A stretch of 64,000 nucleotides of DNA, taken from assembly GCA_050115495.1 (NCBI GenBank), contig JASFQK010000004.1, positions 125,609 to 189,608 on the forward strand, given 5' to 3'. The notes under the pieces are model-generated. The model was not told the origin of the DNA. It did no database searches and was given only the letters and a program-made list of their open reading frames with translations. The DNA is from Phycisphaerae bacterium (GTDB lineage Bacteria; Planctomycetota; Phycisphaerae; UBA1845; Fen-1342). Shown in pieces: positions 18,394 through 28,780 of the stretch (the stretch's first letter is position 1; each line of letters starts with the position of its first letter). The position numbers were made by a program, and so were the translations under genes.

Positions 18394-19962
18394 TTAGTCG
18401 CCGAACTTGATGCCCTGGGCCAGCGGCAGTTCCGTGGACCAGTTCATGGTGTTCGTCTGACGGCGCATGTAGGCCTTCCAGGCGTCCGAGCCGGACTCGC
18501 GGCCGCCGCCGGTTTCCTTCTCACCGCCGAACGCACCGCCGATCTCGGCCCCGCTCGTACCGATGTTGACGTTGGCGATGCCGCAGTCGCTGCCGGTGTG
18601 GGCGAGGAAGCGCTCGGATTCGAGCACGTTCGTCGTGAAGACCGCCGAGCTCAGGCCCTGCGGCACGTCGTTGTGGATGCGGATCGCTTCGTCGATCTCG
18701 CTGATGAGCGTCTTGGTGTCGCCGGCCGCGGGCGCCGTCTTGCCGCCGTAGCCGATGATGTACAGGATCGGGGCGAACGTCTCTTCCTGGACGATCTTGA
18801 ACTCGTTCTTCGCCGCGGCGATGCACGGTTTGACGTAGTGGCCGCCGGGGTATTGCGCGCCGTCGAGCTTCTCGCCGCCGTACAGGATCTCGCCGCCCTC
18901 TTCCTTGACGCGGGCGATCGCCTTCTGCATGTCGCTCACGGCGTCGTGCGTGACGAGCGGCCCCATCAGCGTGCCTTCCTTCAGCGGGTCGCCGATGGGC
19001 ACCGACTGATAGGCCTTCACCAGCCGCTTGATCAGCTCGTCGCGAACCGCGTTGTGCACGATGATCCGCCGCGTGCTCGTGCAGCGCTGGCCGGCGGTGC
19101 CGACCGCACCGAACAGGATGGCCCGCACGGCCATGTCCATGTCGGCGTTCGGCGTGACGATGATCGCGTTGTTACCGCCGAGCTCGAGGATCGTGCGGCC
19201 GAGACGCTTGCCGACGACCTCACCGACGCGGTAGCCCATCTGGCAGCTACCGGTGGCCGACACGAGCGGAATGCGCTTGTCGTTCAGCAGCTTCTCGCCG
19301 ACGGTCGAGCCCTTGCCGACGACCAGCGAGAAGATCGCCGGATCCACGCCGTTGTCCGCGCAGACCTGCTGAGCGATCTTGATGCAGGCGATGCCGGTGA
19401 GCGGCGCTTTGCTGGCGGGCTTCCACAGCACGCTGTCGCCGCAGACGGCGGCGATGGCGGCGTTCCAGCTCCAGACGGCGACGGGGAAGTTGAACGCGCT
19501 GATGACGCCGACGACGCCGAGCGGATGCCACTGCTCGTACATGCGGTGGTTCGGACGCTCGGAGTGCATGGTCAGGCCGTAGAGCTGGCGGGACAGGCCG
19601 ACGGCGAAGTCACAGATGTCGATCATCTCCTGAACTTCACCCTCACCCTCGGGGCGGATCTTGCCCATCTCGAGGGTAACGAGCTCACCGAGCGCCTGCT
19701 TGTACTCGCGCAGGCGGACACCCAACTGACGCATGAGTTCGCCGCGCTTGGGGGCGGGCACGACGCGCCACTTCAGGAAGGCTTCGTGGGCGCGAGCGAC
19801 GATACGGTCGTACTCGGCCTCGGTCACCTGCTTGACCGACCCGATCTTCTTCCCGTCGATGGGCGAGATTACGTCGATGACCGGACCGGAGCCCAGCCAC
19901 TCGCCGGCGAATCCGCCCGGATGGTTTTCGGTGATGTTCAACTGCTTGAGGATGTCCGACAT
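18394..19962 (-). CDS. Aldehyde dehydrogenase family 7 (alpha-aminoadipate semialdehyde/piperideine-6-carboxylate dehydrogenase-like)
   Basis: PAPKRGE, GEGEVQEMIDICDFAVGLSRQLYG, SAFNFPVAVW, LELGGNNA, GTAGQRCT, ETFAPILY, SGAEIGGAFGGEKETGGGRESGSDAWK (ALDH7 hallmarks). Confidence 0.92.
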   Translation of the reverse strand: MSDILKQLNITENHPGGFAGEWLGSGPVIDVISPIDGKKIGSVKQVTEAEYDRIVARAHEAFLKWRVVPAPKRGELMRQLGVRLREYKQALGELVTLEMGKIRPEGEGEVQEMIDICDFAVGLSRQLYGLTMHSERPNHRMYEQWHPLGVVGVISAFNFPVAVWSWNAAIAAVCGDSVLWKPASKAPLTGIACIKIAQQVCADNGVDPAIFSLVVGKGSTVGEKLLNDKRIPLVSATGSCQMGYRVGEVVGKRLGRTILELGGNNAIIVTPNADMDMAVRAILFGAVGTAGQRCTSTRRIIVHNAVRDELIKRLVKAYQSVPIGDPLKEGTLMGPLVTHDAVSDMQKAIARVKEEGGEILYGGEKLDGAQYPGGHYVKPCIAAAKNEFKIVQEETFAPILYIIGYGGKTAPAAGDTKTLISEIDEAIRIHNDVPQGLSSAVFTTNVLESERFLAHTGSDCGIANVNIGTSGAEIGGAFGGEKETGGGRESGSDAWKAYMRRQTNTMNWSTELPLAQGIKFGD

Positions 19963-20246
19963 TCCAGCACCTGCTTTCCGCAAACGCGAGGCTACAACCG
20001 TCCCGCTCCCGCCGGCCGTCCGCCGGGAGCAGCACGGGCGTCATCCGAATCCAGCAGGTTAACACGGGGCGACCGGCGGGCAAAGAGGGCGCCGGCGGCA
20101 GGAGGGGGCGAATTGTGGGGGTTCGGTTAATCCGTCGTGAGACGTTCACGCAAACGCCGTTTCCGGTTATTTTGCAGGTTTGCCGCCGGACGGGCGATGC
20201 CCCGGGCGGGCTGCCGGCCGGCGGGAAGAGCAGCGGGAGAGTTCGC

Positions 20247-21617
20247 ATGTTTCGCAAAGCCGTTCGAGCAGGCGTGGTGTGGGTCGCCGGGCTGGTTCTT
20301 CTCGGACCCGTGGTCGGCTGCGACCGGTCGGCCGACCGGGCCGTGCCGCCCCCAGCCCAATCCCTCAGGAAGCTGACCATCGTTACGCCTCACGGCGACA
20401 CGATCCGCAACGCCTTCGCCGCGGGCTTCTCGAGCTGGTACCTCAAGAAGCACAGCGACCCCGTCCACGTCGAGTGGATTTCCCACGGCACGCCGCAGTG
20501 CGTCGACTACATCCGCTCCGCCCCGACCATGGCCACCGAGGGCGCCCCGTACCACCGGGCGGACGTGTTCTTCGGCGGCGGCGTCACCGACCATGCGCAG
20601 TTGGCGGCCGAGGGCTTCTGCCGGCCCCTGAAGATCGAGCTCCCCGCGAACTACCCGGCCGAGGTGAGCGGCCTGCCGACCCGCGACGAGCAGAATCGCT
20701 GGCTGGCCACCGGCCTGAGTAGCTTCGGTATCGTCTACAACGACCGGGCCTGCCGGCAGCGCGAGGTGACGCCGTCCACGAACTGGGCCGACCTGGCCAC
20801 GCCGCGCTTCTACGGCTGGGTGGCCGTCGCCGACCCGACCGCCAGCGGCAGCACGCGCGAGTGCCTGGTGCTGATCCTCGCCCACCACGGCTGGGACCGG
20901 GGCTGGGGCATGCTCATGCCCATTCTGGGCAACGCCCGGGCGCTCGATGAGCGCAGCGGCAACGTGCTCGCCGCGGTGAAGTCCGGCACGTGCCTGGCCG
21001 GGTTCACCGTGAACTTCGAGGGCATGGCCCTGGCCGTGGAGACCGGCGGCGTCGTGAAGTACTCCGATCCGCCGGGCGGCACGGCCGCGACGCCGGACAT
21101 CATCAGCGTGCTGTCGACCGCCGAGGCTCCAGAGCTGGCCGAGGAGTTCGTGCGTTACGTGCTCAGCGAGGAGGGGCAGGCGCTGTGGGGCGTCAGCCGT
21201 GAATACCGGGCGGCCTACGTGAACGACCTGTACCACTACCCGATCCTGCCGGACATCTACGAGAAGTACGCCGGCAAGATGTCGGTCCGCAACAATCCGT
21301 TGCAGGAGGGCTTCGGCGTCGAGATCGATCCGCAGCGCTCCGAGCAGCTCGGCTGGGCGGTGCGGCTGTTCGTGCAGGCGGCGTGCCGCGACAACCACGT
21401 CGCCCTGCAACGGGCGTGGAAGGCGGCCATCGACGCCGGTCTGCCCGCGCCGGCGGTGGAGCTGCTCACCGCGCCGCCGTGCGATGAGGCGACGGCGCTG
21501 GCGCTGGCGGAGAAACTGGAGAAGGCGGAGTCCGACGAGGCTGATGCGCTGCTGGCCGAATGGTCCGCGAAGTACGCGGCCCGCTACGCTGAAGTGATGA
21601 AGCTCCTGGGCCAGTAG
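20247..21617 (+). CDS. ABC transporter substrate-binding lipoprotein (Fe3+/thiamine/polyamine-type)
   Basis: PVVGC lipobox-like; LTIVTPH, ADVFFGGG, SSFGIVYN, ADPTASGS, AEEFVRYVLSEEGQALW. Confidence 0.8.
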   Translation: MFRKAVRAGVVWVAGLVLLGPVVGCDRSADRAVPPPAQSLRKLTIVTPHGDTIRNAFAAGFSSWYLKKHSDPVHVEWISHGTPQCVDYIRSAPTMATEGAPYHRADVFFGGGVTDHAQLAAEGFCRPLKIELPANYPAEVSGLPTRDEQNRWLATGLSSFGIVYNDRACRQREVTPSTNWADLATPRFYGWVAVADPTASGSTRECLVLILAHHGWDRGWGMLMPILGNARALDERSGNVLAAVKSGTCLAGFTVNFEGMALAVETGGVVKYSDPPGGTAATPDIISVLSTAEAPELAEEFVRYVLSEEGQALWGVSREYRAAYVNDLYHYPILPDIYEKYAGKMSVRNNPLQEGFGVEIDPQRSEQLGWAVRLFVQAACRDNHVALQRAWKAAIDAGLPAPAVELLTAPPCDEATALALAEKLEKAESDEADALLAEWSAKYAARYAEVMKLLGQ

Positions 21618-21673
21618 CGTCCGGGCTCCGTACCGGACGTCTTCGGTAGCGTCGGCCCCCCGTGGCTGACGTC
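21614..21673 (+). repeat. GTAG-type REP doublet (family A)
   Basis: GTAG-CGTCCGG-GCTCCGTA-CCGGACG and GTAG-CGTCGGCC-CCCCGT-GGCTGACG; related copies at 22810, 40382 and 41746. Confidence 0.8.
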
Positions 21674-21760
21674 GATCGCGGGGAATGTCCCGCACGCGCC
21701 ATACGTCCGAGCCGCAATCGGCAGGGAGTAATCACCGTTGCGTTGGGGAGGAACGCGCGA

Positions 21761-22633
21761 ATGGTTGACGAAGAAAGCCCGGTCTGTGGTTGCTGTGGCT
21801 ACATCCTGAGCACGCAGTACCGCCAGGCCGTCGAGGACCAGGCCGAGACGCTGCGCTGCTCCGAATGCGGCGAGGTGCACCACCGCAAGGCGCTGGCCCA
21901 GGACCTGCCCCTGCACTTCGAGGCCGAGCGGCGTTTCGGGGCCATCTTCCGGCGGATGTGGTGGTCGCTCGTGGTACCCCGTCGAACGTACCGGCACGTC
22001 CAGCACTGGTACACGTCCACCCGTTCCGCGCCGCGACACAACGCGCTCTTCGCGTTGGCTCTGGCGGCGTGGTACTTCGTATGCATGCTTGGCTATGCGC
22101 TCGTCGGACTGCTGGATCGGGCGACGATCGATCCGGACTGCTGGTTGTTCTCTGAACGTCGCTTCGCTCCCTGGTCGCGCGAAACGGCCGCGCAGGCGTG
22201 GACGGATCTCAAGGACTCATTTGCGGCCGGCATGCCGCTGCGCATGCTGGGTTTGCTTCTGCTCTTCTTCATCGCGCTGCTGCTCGTGCCGCGTCTGGTG
22301 ATGTTCCTCTCGCCGCGCCGCACGCGCAACAAGTGGCTTCAAGTCATCCGCCGAGCCGTCCTGCTGTTTCAACCTGTGTTTCTTGCGTTTCCGGTCTATC
22401 TAACTGCCACGCTGATCGAGGTCATTGTCGAGTGGAGGAGGGGCATCGGGGACGCGATTCGCTGGTCGTCGTGCCTCCTGTTGTTGATCGTGGCCTGGAC
22501 GTTTTGCCGCGGCGCTGCGATGGCGTTTGTGGACGGAAACAAGAGCGGTTCGGCGGCGCTGCTCGGAGGGTTCCTGGCTGCGTTCACGGTGGGGATCTGT
22601 CAATTCGTCGCGATGTCGGCGTTCTGGTCCTGA
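21761..22633 (+). CDS. Zinc-finger (CxxCGY...CxECG) membrane protein
   Basis: VCGCCGYIL...CSECG followed by about 5 TM segments; GGGAGG upstream. Confidence 0.65.
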   Translation: MVDEESPVCGCCGYILSTQYRQAVEDQAETLRCSECGEVHHRKALAQDLPLHFEAERRFGAIFRRMWWSLVVPRRTYRHVQHWYTSTRSAPRHNALFALALAAWYFVCMLGYALVGLLDRATIDPDCWLFSERRFAPWSRETAAQAWTDLKDSFAAGMPLRMLGLLLLFFIALLLVPRLVMFLSPRRTRNKWLQVIRRAVLLFQPVFLAFPVYLTATLIEVIVEWRRGIGDAIRWSSCLLLLIVAWTFCRGAAMAFVDGNKSGSAALLGGFLAAFTVGICQFVAMSAFWS

Positions 22634-22679
22634 AGCAGCGCTGCATTTGGGCACGCCACACTCCGCGCTGCCTTCGGCG

Positions 22680-22766
22680 GTGTGGCATGCCGAAGCGCAG
22701 CGCCGGCATGTCGTTCGTGACACGACAGGAAGACATGCCGGCGCCTAGGGCTTCAGCATGCCACAC
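22680..22766. repeat. Inverted pair of REP-like units (family B)
   Basis: GTGTGGCATGCCGAAGCGCAGCGCCGGCATGTC ... GACATGCCGGCGCCTAGGGCTTCAGCATGCCACAC; third copy at 40231-40270. Confidence 0.7.
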
Positions 22767-22773
22767 TCTGAAA

Positions 22774-22869
22774 CCGTCCGGTATCCTGGCGCGCCGGGAC
22801 ACGCTACAAGACGTCGGCCACGGGGGGCCGACGCTACGGAAGATGTCCGGTGCGGAGCCCGGGCGCTAC
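22774..22869 (-). repeat. GTAG-type REP cluster (family A)
   Basis: GACGTCGGCCACGGGGGGCCGACGCTAC-GGAA-GATGTCCGGTGCGGAGCCCGGGCGCTAC plus a degenerate upstream unit. Confidence 0.8.
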
Positions 22870-25800
22870 TTGTTCAGCAGCAGGTCGATGAACGGGCCGA
22901 TGTCGAAGTTGTTCACGTCGCCGTCGCCGTTGACGTCGGCGTTCAGGCGATCGCAATTGGGGTACTGGTCGGCGTAGGCCGTCGGGTTCGTCAGGGCCAG
23001 GATGAACGGGCTGATGTCGAAGTTGTTGACGTCGCCGTCACAGTTCAGATCGCCGGGCTGGCCGAAGTGCACTTGTACGACCGTTGTGCTCATGACACCG
23101 GTGCTCAGACTGCCCGCCACGTGTACGCGGCCCGTCGCCGGATCGTGCGTATACGCCATCGGGACACCGTTCTGCATTACCGCCGACACCGTCTCGCCGG
23201 CAGGAATGCGCGCGTACGTGTCGTAGTCGGCGGCGTTGCCGGTGCGGTTGACGAACGTGTGCGTGCAGGCCAGCGGCGTCTCGGCACAGGTGACGTCGAG
23301 CCGGTGCGCGCCCAGCCGCAGGTTGTGGAACGTCATCTCCGTCCAGCCCGTCGGCAACTTCGGCTCGATTCGCAGCGTGTTGCCCGGTGCGTCCGGCGTG
23401 TAGTCGAGGAAGAGCATCATCGCATCGACCAGGAACGACATCGACTCCCACGCGTTCGGCCACGCCGCCTGGAGGAGGAAGTCGCTCTGCCCGGGGTAGA
23501 GGAGGCTGTTCGTCGGGGCGATCTGCTCGGCGCCGAAGCCGATGGGCCCGAGGCGGTCGAGCAGCAGGTCGAGCCGGTAGCGGTGATTGTCGACGTCGCT
23601 GCGGCCGGGGTTGGCGTCCTGCCGCTCGGCGTAGTAGCAGCCGTACCAGAGCGTGCTGAGGAACCACGGGCTGCCGTACGAGTTCGGCGCTGCCGGGTTG
23701 TTCCAGTACGTGTCGCCCCAGTAGCGGTTGATGAGGCCGTCCCACTCGCCCGCCGGGTTGATGACGCTGTGGTAGTCGCCGTAGGTGTCCGGGGCGACGC
23801 CGTTGAGGCGATCGACGACATGCGTCATGAGCGGGTCGGTGCTGCTGTACACGTCGAAGGGGTAGACGGGACCGAGGAACGAGATGTCCGTGTTCTCGCC
23901 GTCCCAGACGAGCCGCGCCGTGATGCCGTTGTGAATGGCGTCGGCGCGGCCGTTGAACAGCGTCGCGTCGCCGGTGTGACCGAGAATGCCGGCGACCGTC
24001 GCCGCATCACGCAGACCGCGCTCGACCGACGCATTCGAGTAGATGAACAGGTCCCACTGGTCTTCCCAGAGGTTGTTGGAGTACATCAGGTCGTACGTGT
24101 CGTCGTAGTAGAGCCGGCTGTCGATGCTGCTGTCCTCACTGGAGGCGCGGGCGGCATCGTAGATCATCGTGTAGTTGTCGCTGAGGAAGCCCGCATCGCC
24201 GGTGACGAGGTAGTGGTAACACGCTCCCCACGGCACGACGGACGTCTCGTCGACCTGCGGCGAGTTCCAGACGATGTAGCCGTCGGTCGTGTACTTCTGG
24301 TACCAGAAGCCCTTGCCCCACGTGTCATCGGCCCGGTAGGCGACGTCGCGCAGGAAGCGGTAGATCTCGGCGGCCTCGGCCGTGTGCGCGGTGCGATCGA
24401 GCGTGACCGCGGCCCAGCCGGCGTCGCGGGGCCAGATGAACGGATACGCGCCGTTGTGCATGCCGGCGATGACGCCGCCGCCCTCGCCGTCCAGATGCAA
24501 CGCCGTGGCCAGCAGACTGCGCTTGAACGTCTCGTCGTACTGGTCGTCAGGGAAATCGATCGTGACGCCGGCGGCGAGCCAGTCGGTCCAGTAATCGTCG
24601 GTCGTCACCTGCGCCGACCACATGCTGCTGCTGAGGAACCAGTCGATGGCAGGGGCGATCTGCCAGTCGTACGTGCTCGTCGCGCCGGCCATTTCGTCGA
24701 AGCCGCCGGCGATGAGCACGTCGATTTCCTTCGTCTGGCCGACGGGCAGCTCGAGCTCGATACCGATCCAGCCCTGGCCGTTGTCGGTGGAGCCGTGGGC
24801 TCGCCAGGAATCGCTGGCGACGGTGCCGCTGCTGCCGCCGACGGTGTCAAGCAGCTTGAGCGAGGCGGCGAGGTAGACGGAGACGTCCTTCTCGTAGTCG
24901 CCGAAACTGGTCGGGTTGTACTCGCCGGCGCCGACGGCCATGCGGTACGTGTTGTCATAGGCGCACATCACGCCGCGCGGGGCGTCGGCGAACATGCCGT
25001 CGTAGGCGTCGCCGCCGTTCAGGGCGACATCGGCGTAGTAGTAGAACTGGACGGTCTTCGCTGCGGCGCCGTTGTTGGTGATGAGGTAGCGTTTGACGTA
25101 GAGCCCGCGGTTCGGCTGTCCGCCCTGATCGAGCGGGAACGTGACGCCCTTCGGGCAGAAGTCCCACTGTTGGACGAGGATGTTGTTACCGTCGGCGGTC
25201 AGCGTCGCCGACGTGGCGATGACGTTCGTGTCGGTGATGTACGCCTGGCTGACGTCGCTGTAGCCGACCGCGTTCTGATTACTGAGCCAGTACGTCAGGC
25301 CGTCGACGCGCAAGCCGCCCATGGCCTGGTTGAGGTTCATCTGGCCGCGGCACTCCGGCGGCAGACCGCCCGGGAACGTGTCGAGCCCGTCTGAATAACC
25401 CTCGTTCTTCGTACCCATGCCGTTGGCGCAGCCGGCGGAGGGATAGTAGATGTCGTACACCGTGCCGTTCTGGTCGAGCATGACGTTCATGTAGTTGTTG
25501 CCGACGACGCCTTCCTCCTTCCAGAGGGAGACGGGCGGATAGCCCTGGTCGGGATTCGCCGAACCGGCCCCGGCGCCGGGCCAGGGCAGCGTGCCGCCGC
25601 CGGGCGCGACGGTGTACATCCACACGGTGGCGGGTGCTGCGGGGTTGTCGCACGTGCCGTCGGCGCAGCCGTAGTTGTTACCGAAGACCTCGGCGCCGCC
25701 GCCGTTGTGCCACGAGCTGACCTTGTATTTCACGACCGTGTCGGCGGGGGCCCCGGGGATCTGGGCCAGGCACCAGTCGATGTTGTCCGGCGAATGCGGC

Positions 25801-26126
25801 TCGTTGCGGACCCACGACGCCCAGACAACCGACGTGGTCCCGGTTGGCGTGCCGTACGCGCCCTGCGGCGTCGAGCCGTCGGTCGTGTAGTAGACGACCG
25901 TGTCGGTCCAGTAGAACGAGTAGCCGAGGCGGACCCAGATATCGACGGGGACGCTGTCGGGCGGGTCCTGCGGGCTGCGCATGGTCACGCCGGCGGCCTC
26001 GCCGTACACGTCGTTGGCCGGCACGTGCTCGACGAAGTCAGCCGTGGCCCACGCCCGCGGCGGCGTGACGACGACGAGGATCACGATGCCCAGAATGACC
26101 GCGCCCAGCTTGATGTTGCGTCGCAT
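22866..26126 (-). CDS. Secreted glycoside hydrolase family 15-like (glucoamylase/glucodextranase-like) with C-terminal dockerin-like domain
   Basis: Signal peptide (…RAWA); N-terminal Ig/CBM-like region ([17 protein letters not shown]); [27 protein letters not shown]-terminal [17 protein letters not shown]...[14 protein letters not shown]. Confidence 0.75.
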   Translation of the reverse strand: MRRNIKLGAVILGIVILVVVTPPRAWATADFVEHVPANDVYGEAAGVTMRSPQDPPDSVPVDIWVRLGYSFYWTDTVVYYTTDGSTPQGAYGTPTGTTSVVWASWVRNEPHSPDNIDWCLAQIPGAPADTVVKYKVSSWHNGGGAEVFGNNYGCADGTCDNPAAPATVWMYTVAPGGGTLPWPGAGAGSANPDQGYPPVSLWKEEGVVGNNYMNVMLDQNGTVYDIYYPSAGCANGMGTKNEGYSDGLDTFPGGLPPECRGQMNLNQAMGGLRVDGLTYWLSNQNAVGYSDVSQAYITDTNVIATSATLTADGNNILVQQWDFCPKGVTFPLDQGGQPNRGLYVKRYLITNNGAAAKTVQFYYYADVALNGGDAYDGMFADAPRGVMCAYDNTYRMAVGAGEYNPTSFGDYEKDVSVYLAASLKLLDTVGGSSGTVASDSWRAHGSTDNGQGWIGIELELPVGQTKEIDVLIAGGFDEMAGATSTYDWQIAPAIDWFLSSSMWSAQVTTDDYWTDWLAAGVTIDFPDDQYDETFKRSLLATALHLDGEGGGVIAGMHNGAYPFIWPRDAGWAAVTLDRTAHTAEAAEIYRFLRDVAYRADDTWGKGFWYQKYTTDGYIVWNSPQVDETSVVPWGACYHYLVTGDAGFLSDNYTMIYDAARASSEDSSIDSRLYYDDTYDLMYSNNLWEDQWDLFIYSNASVERGLRDAATVAGILGHTGDATLFNGRADAIHNGITARLVWDGENTDISFLGPVYPFDVYSSTDPLMTHVVDRLNGVAPDTYGDYHSVINPAGEWDGLINRYWGDTYWNNPAAPNSYGSPWFLSTLWYGCYYAERQDANPGRSDVDNHRYRLDLLLDRLGPIGFGAEQIAPTNSLLYPGQSDFLLQAAWPNAWESMSFLVDAMMLFLDYTPDAPGNTLRIEPKLPTGWTEMTFHNLRLGAHRLDVTCAETPLACTHTFVNRTGNAADYDTYARIPAGETVSAVMQNGVPMAYTHDPATGRVHVAGSLSTGVMSTTVVQVHFGQPGDLNCDGDVNNFDISPFILALTNPTAYADQYPNCDRLNADVNGDGDVNNFDIGPFIDLLLNK

Positions 26127-26339
26127 GCTCTCTCCCTGTCCTGGCAACCGGCCGCCGACGCAGCACCGGCCCCATGCGGCCGGCCCGACGGCGGACGAAG
26201 CACCCCTCATTGTAGCGGGCCACCCCCCGCCGACGCTGGCCGTTTTCAGCGATTGTCGCCGGCTGGCGGCCTCTGGCGGTGTTTGGCGTGTTTACGCGGT
26301 GTCTGATCCGGAACCGGCAGGGGGGGCTCGTTCGCGGAC

Positions 26340-27209
26340 CTACTCGAATACGTGTAGTTCGACGATCACTCCATCCTGGACCTTCACGTAGTACACATAA
26401 CGGGAGTGGTTTGTGTATAGCCACGTGCCATGTGTCTTGGGTGGGTTCGAGTTTCCGTAGTGGGCTGGCAGCCGTGAGAACAGGCTCTCGGCACTGTCGC
26501 CGACGTGAACGTCCTTCAGCACTCGGCGGAGTACCCACTCGCGCGTGTCGCTGCTGCTGACGCGGAACGCGAAGTCCGGTGCGACGCGGCACGTGATCGG
26601 CCAGCCGATGGCCAGCCATGCCAGAATGACGCCGGGGCCGAGCAGCCACAACCTCCCCACGGAATCCGGCATCATGCCTACCGCCGCCCGCACGGAGTGG
26701 CGGCGAAGCACCAGGCGCGCGGCCAAGCCGGCACCGCCGCCGACCATCGCGGCCCAGATGCTCAGCCAGACCCGTGTCTCGAACAACACACTTGTTCGAA
26801 TCTGCCAGCCGCAGGCCAGCCACAGCCACGCAATGGCCCAGACCGCCCCGATCAGCGGCGTGAGCACCGTGGATCTCAGCAACCGGAGAATGCGCGAGCT
26901 GAGCAGCAACGGCAAGACCAGCACCAGCCACCACGCCGCCGTGACGAGTGCTGGTTTAGAGAGCAGCGTTCCCTCTGTGCCGTATGCGAAGCCATGGTCA
27001 TAGCCGTACGCGACGGTGTTGATGGCATGGCCGATGGCCCAGCCGAGAGCGGCACCAGAGGAAGAAGCGGCGATGACCGGCGCCCGCTGGAGTCCGCGCG
27101 GACTGTCGGCGAACGTGGTCGCATCATGCTCGTCGAACGCCGCGCCGCACTCGGGGCAGCGTGTCGCCGGAAGCTGATCCAACGGGTAGCCGCAGTCGAT
27201 GCAGTACAT
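26340..27209 (-). CDS. Zinc-finger (CxxCGY...CPECG) membrane protein
   Basis: MYCIDCGYPLDQLPATRCPECGAAFD then several TM segments. Confidence 0.7.
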   Translation of the reverse strand: MYCIDCGYPLDQLPATRCPECGAAFDEHDATTFADSPRGLQRAPVIAASSSGAALGWAIGHAINTVAYGYDHGFAYGTEGTLLSKPALVTAAWWLVLVLPLLLSSRILRLLRSTVLTPLIGAVWAIAWLWLACGWQIRTSVLFETRVWLSIWAAMVGGGAGLAARLVLRRHSVRAAVGMMPDSVGRLWLLGPGVILAWLAIGWPITCRVAPDFAFRVSSSDTREWVLRRVLKDVHVGDSAESLFSRLPAHYGNSNPPKTHGTWLYTNHSRYVYYVKVQDGVIVELHVFE

Positions 27210-27302
27210 GCCCCACTCCACCCGATCGGGCAAACCAGGAACCGGGAGGGCATTCTACACCAGGAGTGCGCCGGCGTGGTGTCCCTGACGCCCGTTGCCT
27301 GC

Positions 27303-28472
27303 TCAGGACCGGCTGACCGTCACGCGGATGTCGTGGTCGCCGAGTTCCGTCAGGTAGCGATCGACGGGCACGCACACTTCGAGCGGATGGGCGCCGGGGG
27401 CGATCAGTTTGCGGGCTTGCATGTACGCGACCAGCGCCGTCGGAAACGCCGTCGCTCGTTCCATCGCCGTGAAGCCGGTGCGTTCATCGTGCCGGTCGTA
27501 GAGGTCGTACTGGATCGTCTGCGGGCGCGACTCGTGTCGGCCGATGACGGTGCAGCGCAGGACGATGCAGTCCCGTACGTGCGGCAGCCGCAGCCGGTCC
27601 TCGAAGAGTTGTCGCAGAATCGGCCGCGGGGCGAGCGTCCGCCCATCTTCGAGCGTCACTTCCGGCTCGAAGCAGCCGAGGGCGAACAGGGCACGGATGA
27701 TGGCGAAGTGCCCCGGGTAGCGCACCGTCTTGTAGTCGTACGATTGCAGCCGGCCGGCGAACGTCTCCGGGGCCGTGCTGGTCGCGCCGGACGTCACCGC
27801 CGCCTCGCAGTGCCCGAGCGGCGGCGGGAAGTCGATCGCTTCGAGCTCGCTCAGCGCCGGCACCGCGGCCGGCCGGCCGCCGCGCAGAAACTCGGCGTGT
27901 CCGCTGTACTCGTTGATCAGCCCGTCGAAGTTGAACGTCATCTGGTAGCCGAGCGGTCCGACCGGCTCCTGCGGCAGGCCGCCGCAGCGCAGGTGCACGT
28001 GCTCGGGCTCGTCCATTGCGGCGACGCCGTGCGCAGCCAGCAGGTTGCACAGGCCGGGGGCCAGGCCACAGTCGGGTACGACGCTGACGCCGCGACGCTG
28101 GGCCTCCTCGTGCCGGGCCATTTGCTGGCGGACGACGTCGGTGTTCCCGCCGAGGTCGCAGAAGCTCGCGCCGGCGGCGAGGGCGGCATCGGTGATCTGG
28201 ATGTTGTAGCGGTAGGGGGCGGCGGAGAGGACGACGTCGGCGCCGGCGACGGCTTGGTTCAGCTCGGCCGGCCGGCGAATGTCACACGTGCGGGCCTCAA
28301 ACCGGCACACGCTGTCCGGCAGCAGCTCTCCCAGCCGGGTGACGGCCCGCCGGGCGACGTCGCCGTCCACGTCGGCGAGGACGACCTGCTGGGCGTCACA
28401 CGTACGGGCGAGATCATAAGCGAGGGCCGTACCCTGGCGGCCCGCGGCGATGACGGCGTAGCGATACGACAC
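27303..28472 (-). CDS. Saccharopine dehydrogenase/lysine 6-dehydrogenase-like oxidoreductase
   Basis: GTG start with GGAG RBS; Rossmann-type VIAAGRQG, VLSAAPY, FCDLGG, PDCGLAPGL, CGGLPQ, GLINEY, YKTVRYPGH, TAMERATAFP. Confidence 0.88.
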   Translation of the reverse strand: MSYRYAVIAAGRQGTALAYDLARTCDAQQVVLADVDGDVARRAVTRLGELLPDSVCRFEARTCDIRRPAELNQAVAGADVVLSAAPYRYNIQITDAALAAGASFCDLGGNTDVVRQQMARHEEAQRRGVSVVPDCGLAPGLCNLLAAHGVAAMDEPEHVHLRCGGLPQEPVGPLGYQMTFNFDGLINEYSGHAEFLRGGRPAAVPALSELEAIDFPPPLGHCEAAVTSGATSTAPETFAGRLQSYDYKTVRYPGHFAIIRALFALGCFEPEVTLEDGRTLAPRPILRQLFEDRLRLPHVRDCIVLRCTVIGRHESRPQTIQYDLYDRHDERTGFTAMERATAFPTALVAYMQARKLIAPGAHPLEVCVPVDRYLTELGDHDIRVTVSRS

Positions 28473-28780
28473 GGCGATACTCCACTGATGCTCAAGCGGA
28501 CCCACTCAGCCACGGCCACTCCGCGCCGGTTCCGCGAGTTCGGCCAGTGTACGCTGATGCGCGGGCGGAACGAAGGGGGAAAGGCAAATGCCGAGTTGGG
28601 CGGGTCGATCGCGGACCCGGGGGCCAACCGTAAACCGACGAGCACACCGCTCGATCCGCCTGCCCGGGACGCACAGCGGCCTGACGGGGCGCCGGCTCTT
28701 CGCCGAATAGCGCTCCCACCAGGCCGCCATGGTCCTTGGTTGACGTCAGCGGTTAGATGGAGATCCGGTGCATCTCAGGC

